Shown piece after piece: positions 1 to 9,662 of a stretch of 64,000 nucleotides of DNA. Both the position numbers and the translations under genes were made by a program. This DNA is from an uncultured Actinomycetota bacterium (GTDB lineage: Bacteria; Actinomycetota; UBA4738): positions 522,201-586,200 of the forward strand of contig CAWAGG010000006.1 in the NCBI GenBank assembly GCA_963781595.1, written 5' to 3'. The notes beneath the pieces are model-generated. The model saw nothing but the letters and a program-made list of their open reading frames with translations. It made no database searches and was not told the DNA's origin. Numbering within the stretch: position 1 is the first letter of the stretch; each line of letters begins with the position of its first letter.

Positions 1-132
1 AACCGCGCGGAGTTCGAGGCATGGGCGAACCGCGTCGCCGAGCGCTACGGGTACGCGGCGCGCCTGCTCCCGGTCGGCGACGTCGACCCGGAGGTCGGCT
101 CGCCGACGCAGATGGCGGTGTTCTCCCGATGA
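1..132 (+). CDS. 3' end of upstream co-oriented gene (partial, frame 1: ...PVGDVDPEVGSPTQMAVFSR*); candidate Pnkp partner (Hen1-type) but not verifiable from 43 aa
   Basis: Open frame runs from window edge to TGA at 130-132; stop overlaps ATG of pnkp (ATGA), suggesting translational coupling/operon. Confidence 0.3.
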   Translation, partial: NRAEFEAWANRVAERYGYAARLLPVGDVDPEVGSPTQMAVFSR

Positions 133-2693
133 GGATCGCGATCCCCGACCTCTCGCTGGTGGTCCTCGTCGGCGCGTCCGGCTCGGGCAAGTCGACGTTC
201 GCGTCGAAGCACTTCCTGTCGACCGAGGTGATCTCCTCCGACGTCTGCCGAGGCCTGGTCAGCGACGACCAGAACGACATGGCCGCTACGAACGCTGCGT
301 TCGAGGTGCTGCACTTCATCGCGTCGAAGCGCCTGGAGGGCGGCAAGCTCACGGTGATCGATGCGACGAACGTCCAGCGCGAAGCCCGCGCCCCGCTGAT
401 CCGGCTGGCGCGCGAGCAGTACTGCCTCCCCGTCGCGATCGTCCTCGACCTGCCCGAGAAGCTCTGCCACGAACGCAACGCCACGCGACCCGACCGGCAG
501 TTCGGACCACACGTGGTGCGGAACCACGCCCGGAACCTGCGGCGTTCGCTGAAGGGGCTCGAACGAGAGGGCTTCCGGCGGGTGTTCGTCCTGCATTCGC
601 CCGAAGAGGTTGACGCGGCCGAGGTCGTCCGCGAGCCGCTCTGGAACGACCGCCGGACCGACCACGGTCCGTTCGACATCATCGGAGACGTCCACGGCTG
701 CTTCGACGAACTGGTAAAGCTCCTTGACGAACTCGGCTACGAGGTCGCGCCCGACGGCGCGGGCGCTCGGCATCCGGACGGTCGCCGCGCGATCTTCCTG
801 GGGGACCTGGTGGACCGCGGGCCGAACTCGCCCGGCGCGCTCCGGCTGGTGATGGGGATGGTGGCATCCGACTCGGCGCTCTGCGTTCCGGGGAACCACG
901 AGAACAAGCTCGTCCGGAAGCTGAAGGGCCGCAACGTCCAGGTCACGCACGGGCTCGCCGAGACGCTCGAGCAGCTCGACCGCGAACCCGAGGGCTTCGC
1001 GGACGAGGTGCGCGAGTTCCTGGACGGGCTGGTCAGTCACTACCTCCTGGACGGTGGCCGGCTGGTCGTCGCCCATGCCGGCATGAAGGAACGCATGCAG
1101 GGTCGCGCGGCCGGCGCGGTGCGGGACTTCGCCCTGTACGGCGAGACGACGGGCGAGACCGACGAGTTCGGGCTGCCCGTCCGGTACCCGTGGGCCGACG
1201 ACTACCGCGGTGAGGCGTTCGTCGTCTACGGGCACACGCCGGTGCCCGAGCCGCGGTGGGTGAATCGCACGATCTGCGTCGACACCGGGTGCGTGTTCGG
1301 CGGACACCTCACCGCGCTCCGGTACCCGGAACGAGAGCTGGTCTCGGTGCCGGCGGCGCGGATCTACTACGAACCCGCGAAGCCGTTCGAGCCGTCGGCG
1401 GAAGCGGCTGGGGCGGAGCCGTCGACGGCCGCGCGCGAGGGCGACCTGCTGGATGTCGACGATGTGCTCGGCAAGCGGCAGATCCAGACGCGCCTCGGGC
1501 GGTCCGTGACCGTACGCGAGGAGAACGCGATCGCGGCGCTGGAGGCGATGAGCCGGTTCGCCGTCGACCCGCGGTGGCTGATCTACCTCCCCCCCACGAT
1601 GGCCCCGCCGGCGACGTCGAAGGTCGAGGGCCTGCTCGAACACCCCGCCGAGGCGTTCGCGGAGTACCGCGGGGAAGGTATCGCCTCGGTGATCTGCGAG
1701 GAGAAACACATGGGCTCGCGCGCGATCCTGATCGTCTGTCGCGAGCCGTCGGTGGCCGTCCGTCGGTTCGGCAGCGACCGCGACGCGGACGGCGTCTGCT
1801 ACACGCGGACCGGCCGGCCATTCTTCGCGGACGCGGCGACGGAACGAACGCTGCTGGCGCGCGTGCGCGACGCGGCGTCGAACGCCGGCCTCTGGGACCG
1901 CCTCGAGACCGACTGGATGGGGCTCGACTGCGAGCTGCTGCCCTGGTCGGCGAAGGCAGAAGGGCTCCTCCGCGGGCAGTACGCACCGGTCGGCGCCGCC
2001 GGGTCGGTCGCGTTGGCGGAGACCGAACGCGTCCTGGCCGCCGCCCTCGCACGCGACATCGACGCGAACGCCCTCGGGCCGCTGGCCGAACGGACCCGTG
2101 GGCGCGCCGCGACGGTGGACGGCTTCGTCGACGCGTACCGGCGCTACTGCTGGCCGGTCGCATCGCTGGACGACCTGAAGCTCGCGCCGTTCCAGGTGTT
2201 GGCGGCGGAGGGCCGCGCGTTCGCGCTGGAAGACCACCCGTGGCACCTCGACGTGCTCGCCGCGCTCTGCGCCGAGGACGAAGGGATCTTCCGTCCGACC
2301 CGGCACCTCGCGGTCGAGGTGACGGACCCCGAGAGCATCGCCGCAGGCGAACGCTGGTGGCAGGAGCTGACGGACGCGGGCGGGGAGGGGATGGTGGTCA
2401 AGCCCGTCTCGCCGGTTGCCCGCGCGCGCCGCGGCATCGCGCAGCCGGGGATCAAGGTCCGCGGCCGCGAGTACCTGCGGATCATCTACGGGCCGGAGTA
2501 CACGATGGAGGCGAACCTGACCCGCCTCCGTCAGCGCGCGCTCGGCCACAAGCGGTCACTCGCGCAGCGTGAGTTCGCCTTAGGCATCGAGGCGCTCGAG
2601 CGGTTCGTTCGGCACGAGCCGCTCTACCGCGTGCACGAGTGCGTGTTCGGCGTGCTCGCGATGGAGAGCGAAGCCGTCGACCCAGCGTTGTAG
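129..2693 (+). CDS. pnkp: Polynucleotide kinase-phosphatase Pnkp (RNA repair; P-loop kinase + calcineurin-like phosphatase + ligase-like adenylyltransferase domain)
   Basis: N-term Walker A VVLVGASGSGKST; metallophosphatase motifs GDVHGC / GDLVDRG / GNHE; about 400 aa C-terminal ligase-like domain; length about 855 aa typical of bacterial Pnkp. Confidence 0.8.
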   Translation: MRIAIPDLSLVVLVGASGSGKSTFASKHFLSTEVISSDVCRGLVSDDQNDMAATNAAFEVLHFIASKRLEGGKLTVIDATNVQREARAPLIRLAREQYCLPVAIVLDLPEKLCHERNATRPDRQFGPHVVRNHARNLRRSLKGLEREGFRRVFVLHSPEEVDAAEVVREPLWNDRRTDHGPFDIIGDVHGCFDELVKLLDELGYEVAPDGAGARHPDGRRAIFLGDLVDRGPNSPGALRLVMGMVASDSALCVPGNHENKLVRKLKGRNVQVTHGLAETLEQLDREPEGFADEVREFLDGLVSHYLLDGGRLVVAHAGMKERMQGRAAGAVRDFALYGETTGETDEFGLPVRYPWADDYRGEAFVVYGHTPVPEPRWVNRTICVDTGCVFGGHLTALRYPERELVSVPAARIYYEPAKPFEPSAEAAGAEPSTAAREGDLLDVDDVLGKRQIQTRLGRSVTVREENAIAALEAMSRFAVDPRWLIYLPPTMAPPATSKVEGLLEHPAEAFAEYRGEGIASVICEEKHMGSRAILIVCREPSVAVRRFGSDRDADGVCYTRTGRPFFADAATERTLLARVRDAASNAGLWDRLETDWMGLDCELLPWSAKAEGLLRGQYAPVGAAGSVALAETERVLAAALARDIDANALGPLAERTRGRAATVDGFVDAYRRYCWPVASLDDLKLAPFQVLAAEGRAFALEDHPWHLDVLAALCAEDEGIFRPTRHLAVEVTDPESIAAGERWWQELTDAGGEGMVVKPVSPVARARRGIAQPGIKVRGREYLRIIYGPEYTMEANLTRLRQRALGHKRSLAQREFALGIEALERFVRHEPLYRVHECVFGVLAMESEAVDPAL

Positions 2694-2703
2694 CGAACAA
2701 GGG

Positions 2704-3120
2704 TCAGCGAGGACGAGCGGGCTCACCGATCTTGGATGCCACCAGCCATAACGACCAACCAACGACCGCGCCGATGACGTTCAGGACGACATCGTCGATG
2801 TCTGCAGAACGCCCCTGGTTCAGCAGGAACTGCCCGACCTCGATGATCATGGAAAGCACCGCGGCGACGGACAACACGAGCGGCAGCGTCCAGCGGCGGG
2901 AAACGAAAGGCAAGAGAAGGCCCAAGGGAACGAACAGGGCGACGTTGCCGAGCACTTCGGCCACTGTCCTCGGTGGATCAGCGAAGTACGAGCGGAACGG
3001 AACCAGGTTGAAGTAGGAACGAGGTCCAGGCTGCGCGCCCAGGCCTGCGAGTGTCCCGTACGTCGCGATGATCAGCCAGCAGCCGACGAGGAGCAGGGCG
3101 ATCCGGCGGCTCCAGGCCAC
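2704..3120 (-). CDS. VanZ-like family membrane protein
   Basis: 138 aa, 4 predicted TM segments, VanZ-like pattern (FVPLGLLLP...NVIGAVVGW). Confidence 0.65.
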   Translation of the reverse strand: MAWSRRIALLLVGCWLIIATYGTLAGLGAQPGPRSYFNLVPFRSYFADPPRTVAEVLGNVALFVPLGLLLPFVSRRWTLPLVLSVAAVLSMIIEVGQFLLNQGRSADIDDVVLNVIGAVVGWSLWLVASKIGEPARPR

Positions 3121-3292
3121 CCTGCCATCGATTTCAAGGCGTCGTAGTCCCGACCAGAACCGTGGTGCCGAGGAGAGCGCCCATGCCGAGGAGCACGCCG
3201 ACGTGCGCTGAGAGCTCTCGCAGAACTACCTCCCTCCCGCCCGCGATGACCGTAGACGCGCGCGACGGCGTCCGCCAAGCGTCCTCGCGCGC

Positions 3293-5413
3293 TCAGTCGT
3301 TCCAGAGGCCCGCGAGGAAGGCGTCGACGTGGTTCGAACCACGCTCGATGTCCTCTCGAGCGACCGTCCGTTCGTCGTCGGTGAACGACGTCCGTTCGTC
3401 GAAGTTCGACCGGACCTGCTCTGGCAGGAATCGAGACACCTGCGCGTAGGAGTGACGGTCTGACATCGGCCGGCCGCCCGTATGGTACCGGAGGGGCACG
3501 TGGACGAACAGCGCGTCCCGGGCCCGGGTGAGCGCCACGTACAGGAGCCGGCGTTCCTCCTCGATCTGTTCGGCGTCACCCGTCGCCATGTCCGACGGGA
3601 TGTTGCCGTCGGTCGCGTGGATCACGTGGACCTCGTCCCACTCGCAGCCCTTCGCCGAGTGGATCGTCGAGAGCACGAGCCAGTCCTCGTCCAGCAACGG
3701 GGGCCCGGCGAGGTCACCGGTCGAGGCAGGCGGGTCGAGCGTCAGGTCGGCGAGGAACGAAGAACGCGACCGTGCGCCGCCGGCCAGCACCGCCAACTGC
3801 TCGACGTCGCGCAGCCGGGACGCGGCCGATGGGTACAGACGAACGAACGCCGGCTCCAGGAACCATCCGATGCGCTGGAGCTGGGTCGCGACCGGCGGTT
3901 CGGGCGCATGGTCGAGCAGCCTGACGACCTCGAGCAGCCGCGACAGCCCCTCGCGTGCGGCGGGCGGGACCTTCGGTGGCGAATCCAGCAGCACGCGCAA
4001 GGGCGACGGCGCGCCCCCGTCGCGCGGCTCCGCCACACCGAGCGACGCGGCCAGCCGACGCGCCGTCGCCGGCCCGACGCCGTCCAGGAGCTGGAGGACG
4101 CGGAACCACGAGACCTCGTCGTCCGGGTTCTCCAGGATCCGGAGGCACGCCAGCACGTCCTTCACATGCGCGGCCTCGAGGAACTTCAGTCCCCCGTACT
4201 TGACGAACGGGATGTTCCGGCGGGCGAGTTCGATCTCCAGCAGGTCGCTGTGGTGCGCCGCCCGGAACAGCACCGCTTGCCGTTTCAGGGCCAGGCCGCG
4301 TTCGCGGGCATCGAGCACCGCCTCGCACACGCCCGACGCCTGCTCGGCCTCGTCCAGGTGCGTGATCAGCGCCGGCCGAGCCTGGCCGCAGCGCGCCGAC
4401 CACAGCGTCTTGTCGTGCCGCTTCGTCGCCAGCGCGATCACGTCGTTCGACGCGGCCAGCAGCGGCGGCGTCGAGCGATAGTTCTGCTCCAGGCGGATCA
4501 CGCGCGCGCCTTCGAACGCCCGAGGGAAGTCGAGGATGTTCCGAACCGTCGCCGAGCGGAACGCGTAGATCGCTTGCGCGTCGTCCCCGACGACCATCAG
4601 GTTCGTCACGCCGTGCGTGTACGCGCCCGTGAGGATGTCGGCCTGGAGGGCGTTCGTGTCTTGGTACTCGTCGACCAGGATGTGGTCGAAGAGCCGCGCC
4701 ACCCGCACGCCTTCGTCCGACAGCATCAACGCGCGCCAATGCAGCAGCAGGTCGTCGTAGTCGAGGACGTTCGCCGCGCGCTTCCGTTCGACGTACCGCT
4801 CGAAGACGCTCCGGATCCCGTCGACCTCATCGGCGCACCACGGGTAGTCGCGCTTGAGGACCTCGGTGAGCCGGATCTGCGCGTTGACCGTCCGCGAGTA
4901 GATCGCGGCCAGCGCGTCCTTGCGGGGGAACCGCCGTTCGGCCTCGCCCAGCCGGAGCTCGCCGCGGATCAGGTTCATCAGGTCACCGGCGTCGGCCTGG
5001 TCCATCACGGTGAAGTCGGGCCGAACGCCGACGCTTCGGCCGAACCCGCGCAGCAGGCGGTTCGCGGTCGCGTGGAACGTCCCGCCCCAGACGCGACCGC
5101 GCCGGTCGCGGGTGGCTTCGCCGACCATGCGCGCGGCCCGCGAGAGCATCTCGCGCGCGGCGCGGCGCGTGAACGTGAGCAGCAGGATCCGCTCGGGCGG
5201 GGTGCCCTCGGCGATCAGGTGGGCGACCCGGCAGGCGAGCGTCATCGTCTTGCCGGTCCCGGCTCCGGCGATCACCAGGACGGGGCCGCCGGGGCTCATC
5301 ATCGCGGCTTCCCGCTGGGCGTCGTTCAGGGAAGCGAGCCATGGGGGCGGCACACCGGAGGCAGGCGTCCCGGAGGGGGCGAGCGTCTCTCGAACGAACA
5401 CGTGTTCGAGCAC
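3293..5413 (-). CDS. UvrD/PcrA/Rep-family ATP-dependent DNA helicase
   Basis: LNDAQREAA...VIAGAGTGKT Walker A; TFTRRAAREM; DEYQDT; helicase C-terminal motifs; ORF N-terminal extension beyond about 5413 looks spurious (GTG start chosen at 5413 or 5401). Confidence 0.75.
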   Translation of the reverse strand: MLEHVFVRETLAPSGTPASGVPPPWLASLNDAQREAAMMSPGGPVLVIAGAGTGKTMTLACRVAHLIAEGTPPERILLLTFTRRAAREMLSRAARMVGEATRDRRGRVWGGTFHATANRLLRGFGRSVGVRPDFTVMDQADAGDLMNLIRGELRLGEAERRFPRKDALAAIYSRTVNAQIRLTEVLKRDYPWCADEVDGIRSVFERYVERKRAANVLDYDDLLLHWRALMLSDEGVRVARLFDHILVDEYQDTNALQADILTGAYTHGVTNLMVVGDDAQAIYAFRSATVRNILDFPRAFEGARVIRLEQNYRSTPPLLAASNDVIALATKRHDKTLWSARCGQARPALITHLDEAEQASGVCEAVLDARERGLALKRQAVLFRAAHHSDLLEIELARRNIPFVKYGGLKFLEAAHVKDVLACLRILENPDDEVSWFRVLQLLDGVGPATARRLAASLGVAEPRDGGAPSPLRVLLDSPPKVPPAAREGLSRLLEVVRLLDHAPEPPVATQLQRIGWFLEPAFVRLYPSAASRLRDVEQLAVLAGGARSRSSFLADLTLDPPASTGDLAGPPLLDEDWLVLSTIHSAKGCEWDEVHVIHATDGNIPSDMATGDAEQIEEERRLLYVALTRARDALFVHVPLRYHTGGRPMSDRHSYAQVSRFLPEQVRSNFDERTSFTDDERTVAREDIERGSNHVDAFLAGLWND

Positions 5414-5534
5414 CCTACCCCACGCCGCCGACGCGAGCGCCGAACCACACCACAGAACGTCGAAGCCCACGCGCGTCGTTCGTCGTATCGCGGGAGGATG
5501 CCGAGGAGCCACGGATCGAGGGAAGGAGCGCACA

Positions 5535-5911
5535 TGAAGTTCGTCCTGATGACGATCGTCTCGCCGGAGCGGATGGACGCGTGGGAAGCCGCGTCGAGCG
5601 AGGAGCGCCAGGCGAACGTGGACGAGACGATCGCCTGGTTCCGCGATTACAGCGGCCGTGGCTGGATCACCGGCGGCGCAGAGCTGGGGCTCCCGGCCAG
5701 GGCGAAGACGGTCCGTCGCAGGGGCGTCACCGACGGTCCCTACGCGGAGACGAAGGAGGTCCTGGGCGGCTTCATCACCGTCGATGTGCCGACCGAGGCG
5801 GACGCGATCGAGATGGCGTCGCGCTGGCCGGGCCTGGAGTTCGACGGTGACGCCGTCGAGGTTCGGCCCGAGGGCGACACGGCCGGCGACGTGGCCGCGG
5901 AGCGAACCTAG
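5535..5911 (+). CDS. YciI-like (DGPF-domain) protein
   Basis: GGAAGGAG RBS 7 nt upstream of ATG; MKFVLMTIV...DGPYAETKEVLGGF pattern typical of YciI family; divergent from helicase. Confidence 0.65.
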
Positions 5912-6033
5912 ATCCCAGCGCAGCCGGGCGGGTCGAGCGGGCCGGACGGCTCGCAGCCCGCGGGCCTGCAGGCCCATGCCGCGCGTCCCCACGGGGCCGA
6001 CGCTCTCCTCTGACGCACGAGGAGGGCGGAGGC

Positions 6034-7431
6034 ATGGACGCGAACCCGAGCGCGGGCTGGTTCGAGCCGTACAAGATCAAGATGGTCGAACGCATCCCCG
6101 TCACCACGCACGAGGAACGTCGCAAGGCGATCGATGAAGCGGGTTGGAACACGTTCCTGCTTCGTTCGGACGAGGTGACGTTCGACCTGCTGACGGACTC
6201 CGGCACGAACGCGATGAGCGACCGACAGTGGGCCGGCCTGATGCTCGGCGACGAGGCCTACGCGGGGAGCCGGAACTTCTACCACCTGGAGGAGGCGGTC
6301 CGTCGCGCCTACGGCTACGCGCACGTGATCCCGACGCACCAGGGCCGCGGCGCGGAGCACATCGTCTCGAGGATGCTGATCGAACCCGGCGACCACGTCC
6401 CGGCGAACATGTACTTCACGACCACGCGGCTTCATCAGGAGCTGGCGGGCGCGATCTTCCACGACGTGATCGTCGACGAGGCGCACGACCCGGCCAGCCG
6501 GCATCCGTTCAAGGGCAACGTCGATATCGCGAAGCTCGAGGCGCTCGCTCGCGACGTCGGCGTCGACCACATCCCCTACATCAGCGTCGCGGCGACCGTG
6601 AACATGGCTGGGGGACAGCCGATCTCGATGGCGAACATGCGCGAGGTCCGCGACTGGGCGAAGCGCCACGGCGTCATCGTGATCCTGGACGCCACGCGAG
6701 CCGTCGAGAATGCCTTCTTCATCCAGGAGCGGGAGCCGGGCTTCGGCGACCGGACCGTCGCGGAGATCCTGCTGGAGCTGTGTTCGTACTCCGGCGGCTG
6801 CACGATGTCGGGGAAGAAGGATTCGCTGGTCAACATCGGCGGCTGGATCGCGCTGAACGACCCGGAGCTAGCCGCCGAAGCGAAGAACCTCTGCGTCGTC
6901 TACGAGGGGCTCCACACGTACGGCGGCCTCGCCGGCCGCGACATGGAGGCGATGGCGCGCGGGATCGAGGAGTCCGTCGACGACGACCACATCCGGTCGA
7001 GGATCATGCAGGTCCGCGAGCTCGGCTGGGCGCTGGAGGAACACGGCGTCCCGATCGTCGAACCGATCGGCGGCCACGCGGTGTTCGTCGACGCCAGGGC
7101 GTTCTACCCACACATCCCTCAGGAGGAGTTCCCGGCGCAGCGGCTCGCGGCGGAGATCTTCCTGGACTCGGGCACCCGGTCGATGGAGCGCGGGATCGTC
7201 TCCGCGGGCCGCGACCCGGAGACCGGTGAGCACCGGCACCCGAGGCTCGAGCTGGTTCGGCTCACGATCCCGCGGCGCGTCTACACGTCCCGCCAGCTGC
7301 GCGTCGTCGCCGACGGCATCGCTTCGGTCCAGGAACGGGCGGACGCGACCCAGGGCCTCCAGATGACCTATGAGCCGAAGTACCTGCGGTTCTTCCAGGC
7401 GCGGTTCCGGCCCCTCCAAGACGCCGGGTGA
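6034..7431 (+). CDS. Tryptophanase / tyrosine phenol-lyase family beta-eliminating lyase (PLP-dependent)
   Basis: 465 aa; N-term FEPYKIKMVE...VTFDLLTDSGTNAMSDRQWA and internal SGKKD PLP-lysine region characteristic of TnaA/Tpl. Confidence 0.85.
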   Translation: MDANPSAGWFEPYKIKMVERIPVTTHEERRKAIDEAGWNTFLLRSDEVTFDLLTDSGTNAMSDRQWAGLMLGDEAYAGSRNFYHLEEAVRRAYGYAHVIPTHQGRGAEHIVSRMLIEPGDHVPANMYFTTTRLHQELAGAIFHDVIVDEAHDPASRHPFKGNVDIAKLEALARDVGVDHIPYISVAATVNMAGGQPISMANMREVRDWAKRHGVIVILDATRAVENAFFIQEREPGFGDRTVAEILLELCSYSGGCTMSGKKDSLVNIGGWIALNDPELAAEAKNLCVVYEGLHTYGGLAGRDMEAMARGIEESVDDDHIRSRIMQVRELGWALEEHGVPIVEPIGGHAVFVDARAFYPHIPQEEFPAQRLAAEIFLDSGTRSMERGIVSAGRDPETGEHRHPRLELVRLTIPRRVYTSRQLRVVADGIASVQERADATQGLQMTYEPKYLRFFQARFRPLQDAG

Positions 7432-7459
7432 GGTGGCCCGCCGTAGACTCCGAAGCCTC

Positions 7460-8305
7460 ATGGATCGGCACCTGAAGGGGAACCGGAAGCTCTGGGACAC
7501 GTGGACGAAGTCCCACGTGACGTCGGAGTTCTACGACGTCGGATCCTTCAAAGACGGCGGACGGCCGATCCGGCTGTCCGACTACGAGCGCGAGGAGATC
7601 GGCGACGTCACCGGCAGGACGCTGCTGCATCTCCAGTGCCACTTCGGGCTCGACACGCTGTCGTGGGCGCGGCTCGGTGCCACGGTCACCGGCGTGGACT
7701 TCAGCCGCGAGGGCATCGCGGCGGCCGAGGCGCTGGCCGCCGAGCTCGACATCCCCTCGACGTTCGTCTGCTCGAACGTCTACGACTTGCCCGACGCGCT
7801 GGACCTGCCGGCGGGGGGCGGTTTCGACGTCGTGTACACGAGCCGCGGCGTCCTGGGCTGGCTCCCGGACCTCCCCGCGTGGGCGCGGGTGATCGCGCAC
7901 TTCGTGAAGCCCAGCGGGATCTTCTACATCACGGAGGTCCACCCGGTCGCGATGGTCTTCGAGAACGAGCGGGTCCGCCCGGGCGAGCTCGTGCTCCGCT
8001 ACCCGTACTGGGGCCACGACGAACCGCTCGTGTTCGACGTCCGAGGCTCGTACGCTGACCCGGACGTCCCGACCGGGGGCTTGAAGGAGGCCGGCTGGGA
8101 TCATGGCCTCGGCGAGATCGTGACCGCGTTGATCGATGCCGGCCTGCGGATCGACTCGCTCCGCGAGTTCCCGTGGTGCGAGTGGAAGCTCGACTTCCTG
8201 GAGGAGCGGGAGGACGGCAGGTTCTACCTCCCGAAGGACGTGGAGGGCGAGCTCCCGCTCTTCTTCTCGCTGAAGGCGACGAAGCCTGCGAAGCGGGGCC
8301 GCTGA
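7460..8305 (+). CDS. Class I SAM-dependent methyltransferase
   Basis: LHLQCHFGLDTLSWARLGATVTGVDFS (motif I-like), DVVYTSRGVLGW; start 28 nt after lyase stop. Confidence 0.7.
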   Translation: MDRHLKGNRKLWDTWTKSHVTSEFYDVGSFKDGGRPIRLSDYEREEIGDVTGRTLLHLQCHFGLDTLSWARLGATVTGVDFSREGIAAAEALAAELDIPSTFVCSNVYDLPDALDLPAGGGFDVVYTSRGVLGWLPDLPAWARVIAHFVKPSGIFYITEVHPVAMVFENERVRPGELVLRYPYWGHDEPLVFDVRGSYADPDVPTGGLKEAGWDHGLGEIVTALIDAGLRIDSLREFPWCEWKLDFLEEREDGRFYLPKDVEGELPLFFSLKATKPAKRGR

Positions 8306-8306
8306 C

Positions 8307-8868
8307 GTGCTGCGCGGGCGGAAGGTGACGCTGCGCGCCGTCGAGCGCGACGACCTCGCCTGGATCTGGGGCCTGCGCAACGACGAGTCGATCGAGGTCC
8401 TGGCGTTCGGGCCCCCGAAGCCGCGCTCGATGGCCGAGATGGAGGGCTGGTTCGACCGGACCCTCGCCGACAAGGACGCGCAGGTGTTCGTGATCGAAGC
8501 CGACGGCGGGCCCGTCGGGATGTGCAACCTTCGGGACGTCGACGCGGTGAACCGGCGGGCCGAGCTGGGCATCTCGCTGGCGAACGACCAGATCGGCCGG
8601 GGGTACGGGAGCGATTCGATCCGGGTCCTGCTGGAGTACGCGTTCCGGCATCTGAACCTTCACCGCGTCACCCTGGACACGCTGGCGTCGAACGAACGCG
8701 CCTTCCGCGCGTACGCGAGCCTGCGGGTTCGTCGAGGAAGGACGCCTGCGCGCCCACGAGTGGTCGGACGGCCAGTACCTCGACGCGATCCTGATGGGGA
8801 TCCTGCGTGAGGAGTGGGACGCTCAGGGCGGACCCGAGCGCGTGATGCCTCACGTGACCTTGCGGTAG
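8307..8868 (+). CDS. GNAT family N-acetyltransferase (RimJ/RimL-like) with apparent +1 frameshift near 8719
   Basis: N-terminal 138 aa in frame 0 (…NERAFRAY) then classic GNAT C-terminus (CGFVEEGRLRAHEWSDGQYLDAILMGILREEW) continues in frame +1 to TAG 8866-8868; shift lies at the CC dinucleotide in 'agcc' at 8718-8721. Confidence 0.6.
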
Positions 8869-9662
8869 CGATTGACCGCGAGCGGCACGAACACGGCGAG
8901 GATCCCGACGATCCACGCGAACGCGATGAGCAGATGGCTCCAGAACGCCTGACCGAGCGCCAGCGCCCGGGCGGCGTCCACCGTCTGACTGACCGGATTG
9001 ACCGAAGCCCAGCCCTGCAGCCAGCCCGGCATGGTCTCCACGGGGACGAACGCGCTGCTGGCGAACGTCAGAGGGAAGATCCAGATGAACGACGCGGCCT
9101 GGGCCGCCTCGACGTTCCCCGCTGTGAGCCCGATCCACGCGGACACCCACGAGAACGCGTAGCCGAACCCGACGGCCAGGACGAACGTCGCGATCGCGGC
9201 GAGGAAGTTCCCGTGGAACCGGAACCCGACCAGGAACCCGACGATCGTCATGAGCATGACGACGAACCCGTTGCGGACGGCGTCGCTGAGCGTCCTGCCG
9301 CCGAGGACCGCCGACCTGGCCATGGGCAGCGACTTGAAGCGTTCGATCATGCCGCCCGCGAGGTCCTCGGCCAGGCCGATACCCGTCTGCGTCGAACCGA
9401 ACACGACCGTCTGCACGAAGATCCCGGGCATCAGGTAGTCGACGTACGCCACGCCGCCGCCGACCTTGATCGCGCCGCCGAACACGTAGCGGAACAGCAG
9501 GACGAACATGATCGGCTGGATCGTCGAGAAGATCAGCAGCGTGGGCAGGCGGACGTACCGCAGCAGGTTCCGCTTCGTGATCGCGAGGGTGTCGGAGATC
9601 AGCCACATTGGCGAGGTCCTGCCGCTCGTCGTGCGGGCCGCGGTGGTCGTGGTCGCGCTCAC
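8850..9662 (-). CDS. ABC-2 type transporter permease
   Basis: 270 aa, 6 TM, ABC-2 family pattern; start overlaps ATPase stop (ATGA). Confidence 0.8.
   Translation of the reverse strand: MSATTTTAARTTSGRTSPMWLISDTLAITKRNLLRYVRLPTLLIFSTIQPIMFVLLFRYVFGGAIKVGGGVAYVDYLMPGIFVQTVVFGSTQTGIGLAEDLAGGMIERFKSLPMARSAVLGGRTLSDAVRNGFVVMLMTIVGFLVGFRFHGNFLAAIATFVLAVGFGYAFSWVSAWIGLTAGNVEAAQAASFIWIFPLTFASSAFVPVETMPGWLQGWASVNPVSQTVDAARALALGQAFWSHLLIAFAWIVGILAVFVPLAVNRYRKVT

Noticed and set aside
45-2549. 834-aa ORF antisense to pnkp (and the 438-aa Arg-rich ORF 1256..2572 in a third frame)
   Set aside because: Typical high-GC artefact: stop-poor alternative frames, Arg/Pro/Gly-rich, no motifs; the sense strand carries a full-length recognisable Pnkp
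3482-5533. Long + strand ORF (809 aa) across the helicase locus
   Set aside because: Antisense to a well-supported UvrD-like gene; only its last 125 codons (5535..5911, the YciI-like gene with its own RBS) look real
5976-6033. TnaC-like leader peptide upstream of the tryptophanase-family gene
   Set aside because: The ATG at 5976 opens a frame that runs through the gene start (part of spurious ORF 5658..6137) with no in-frame stop before it, and it encodes no Trp codon, unlike TnaC
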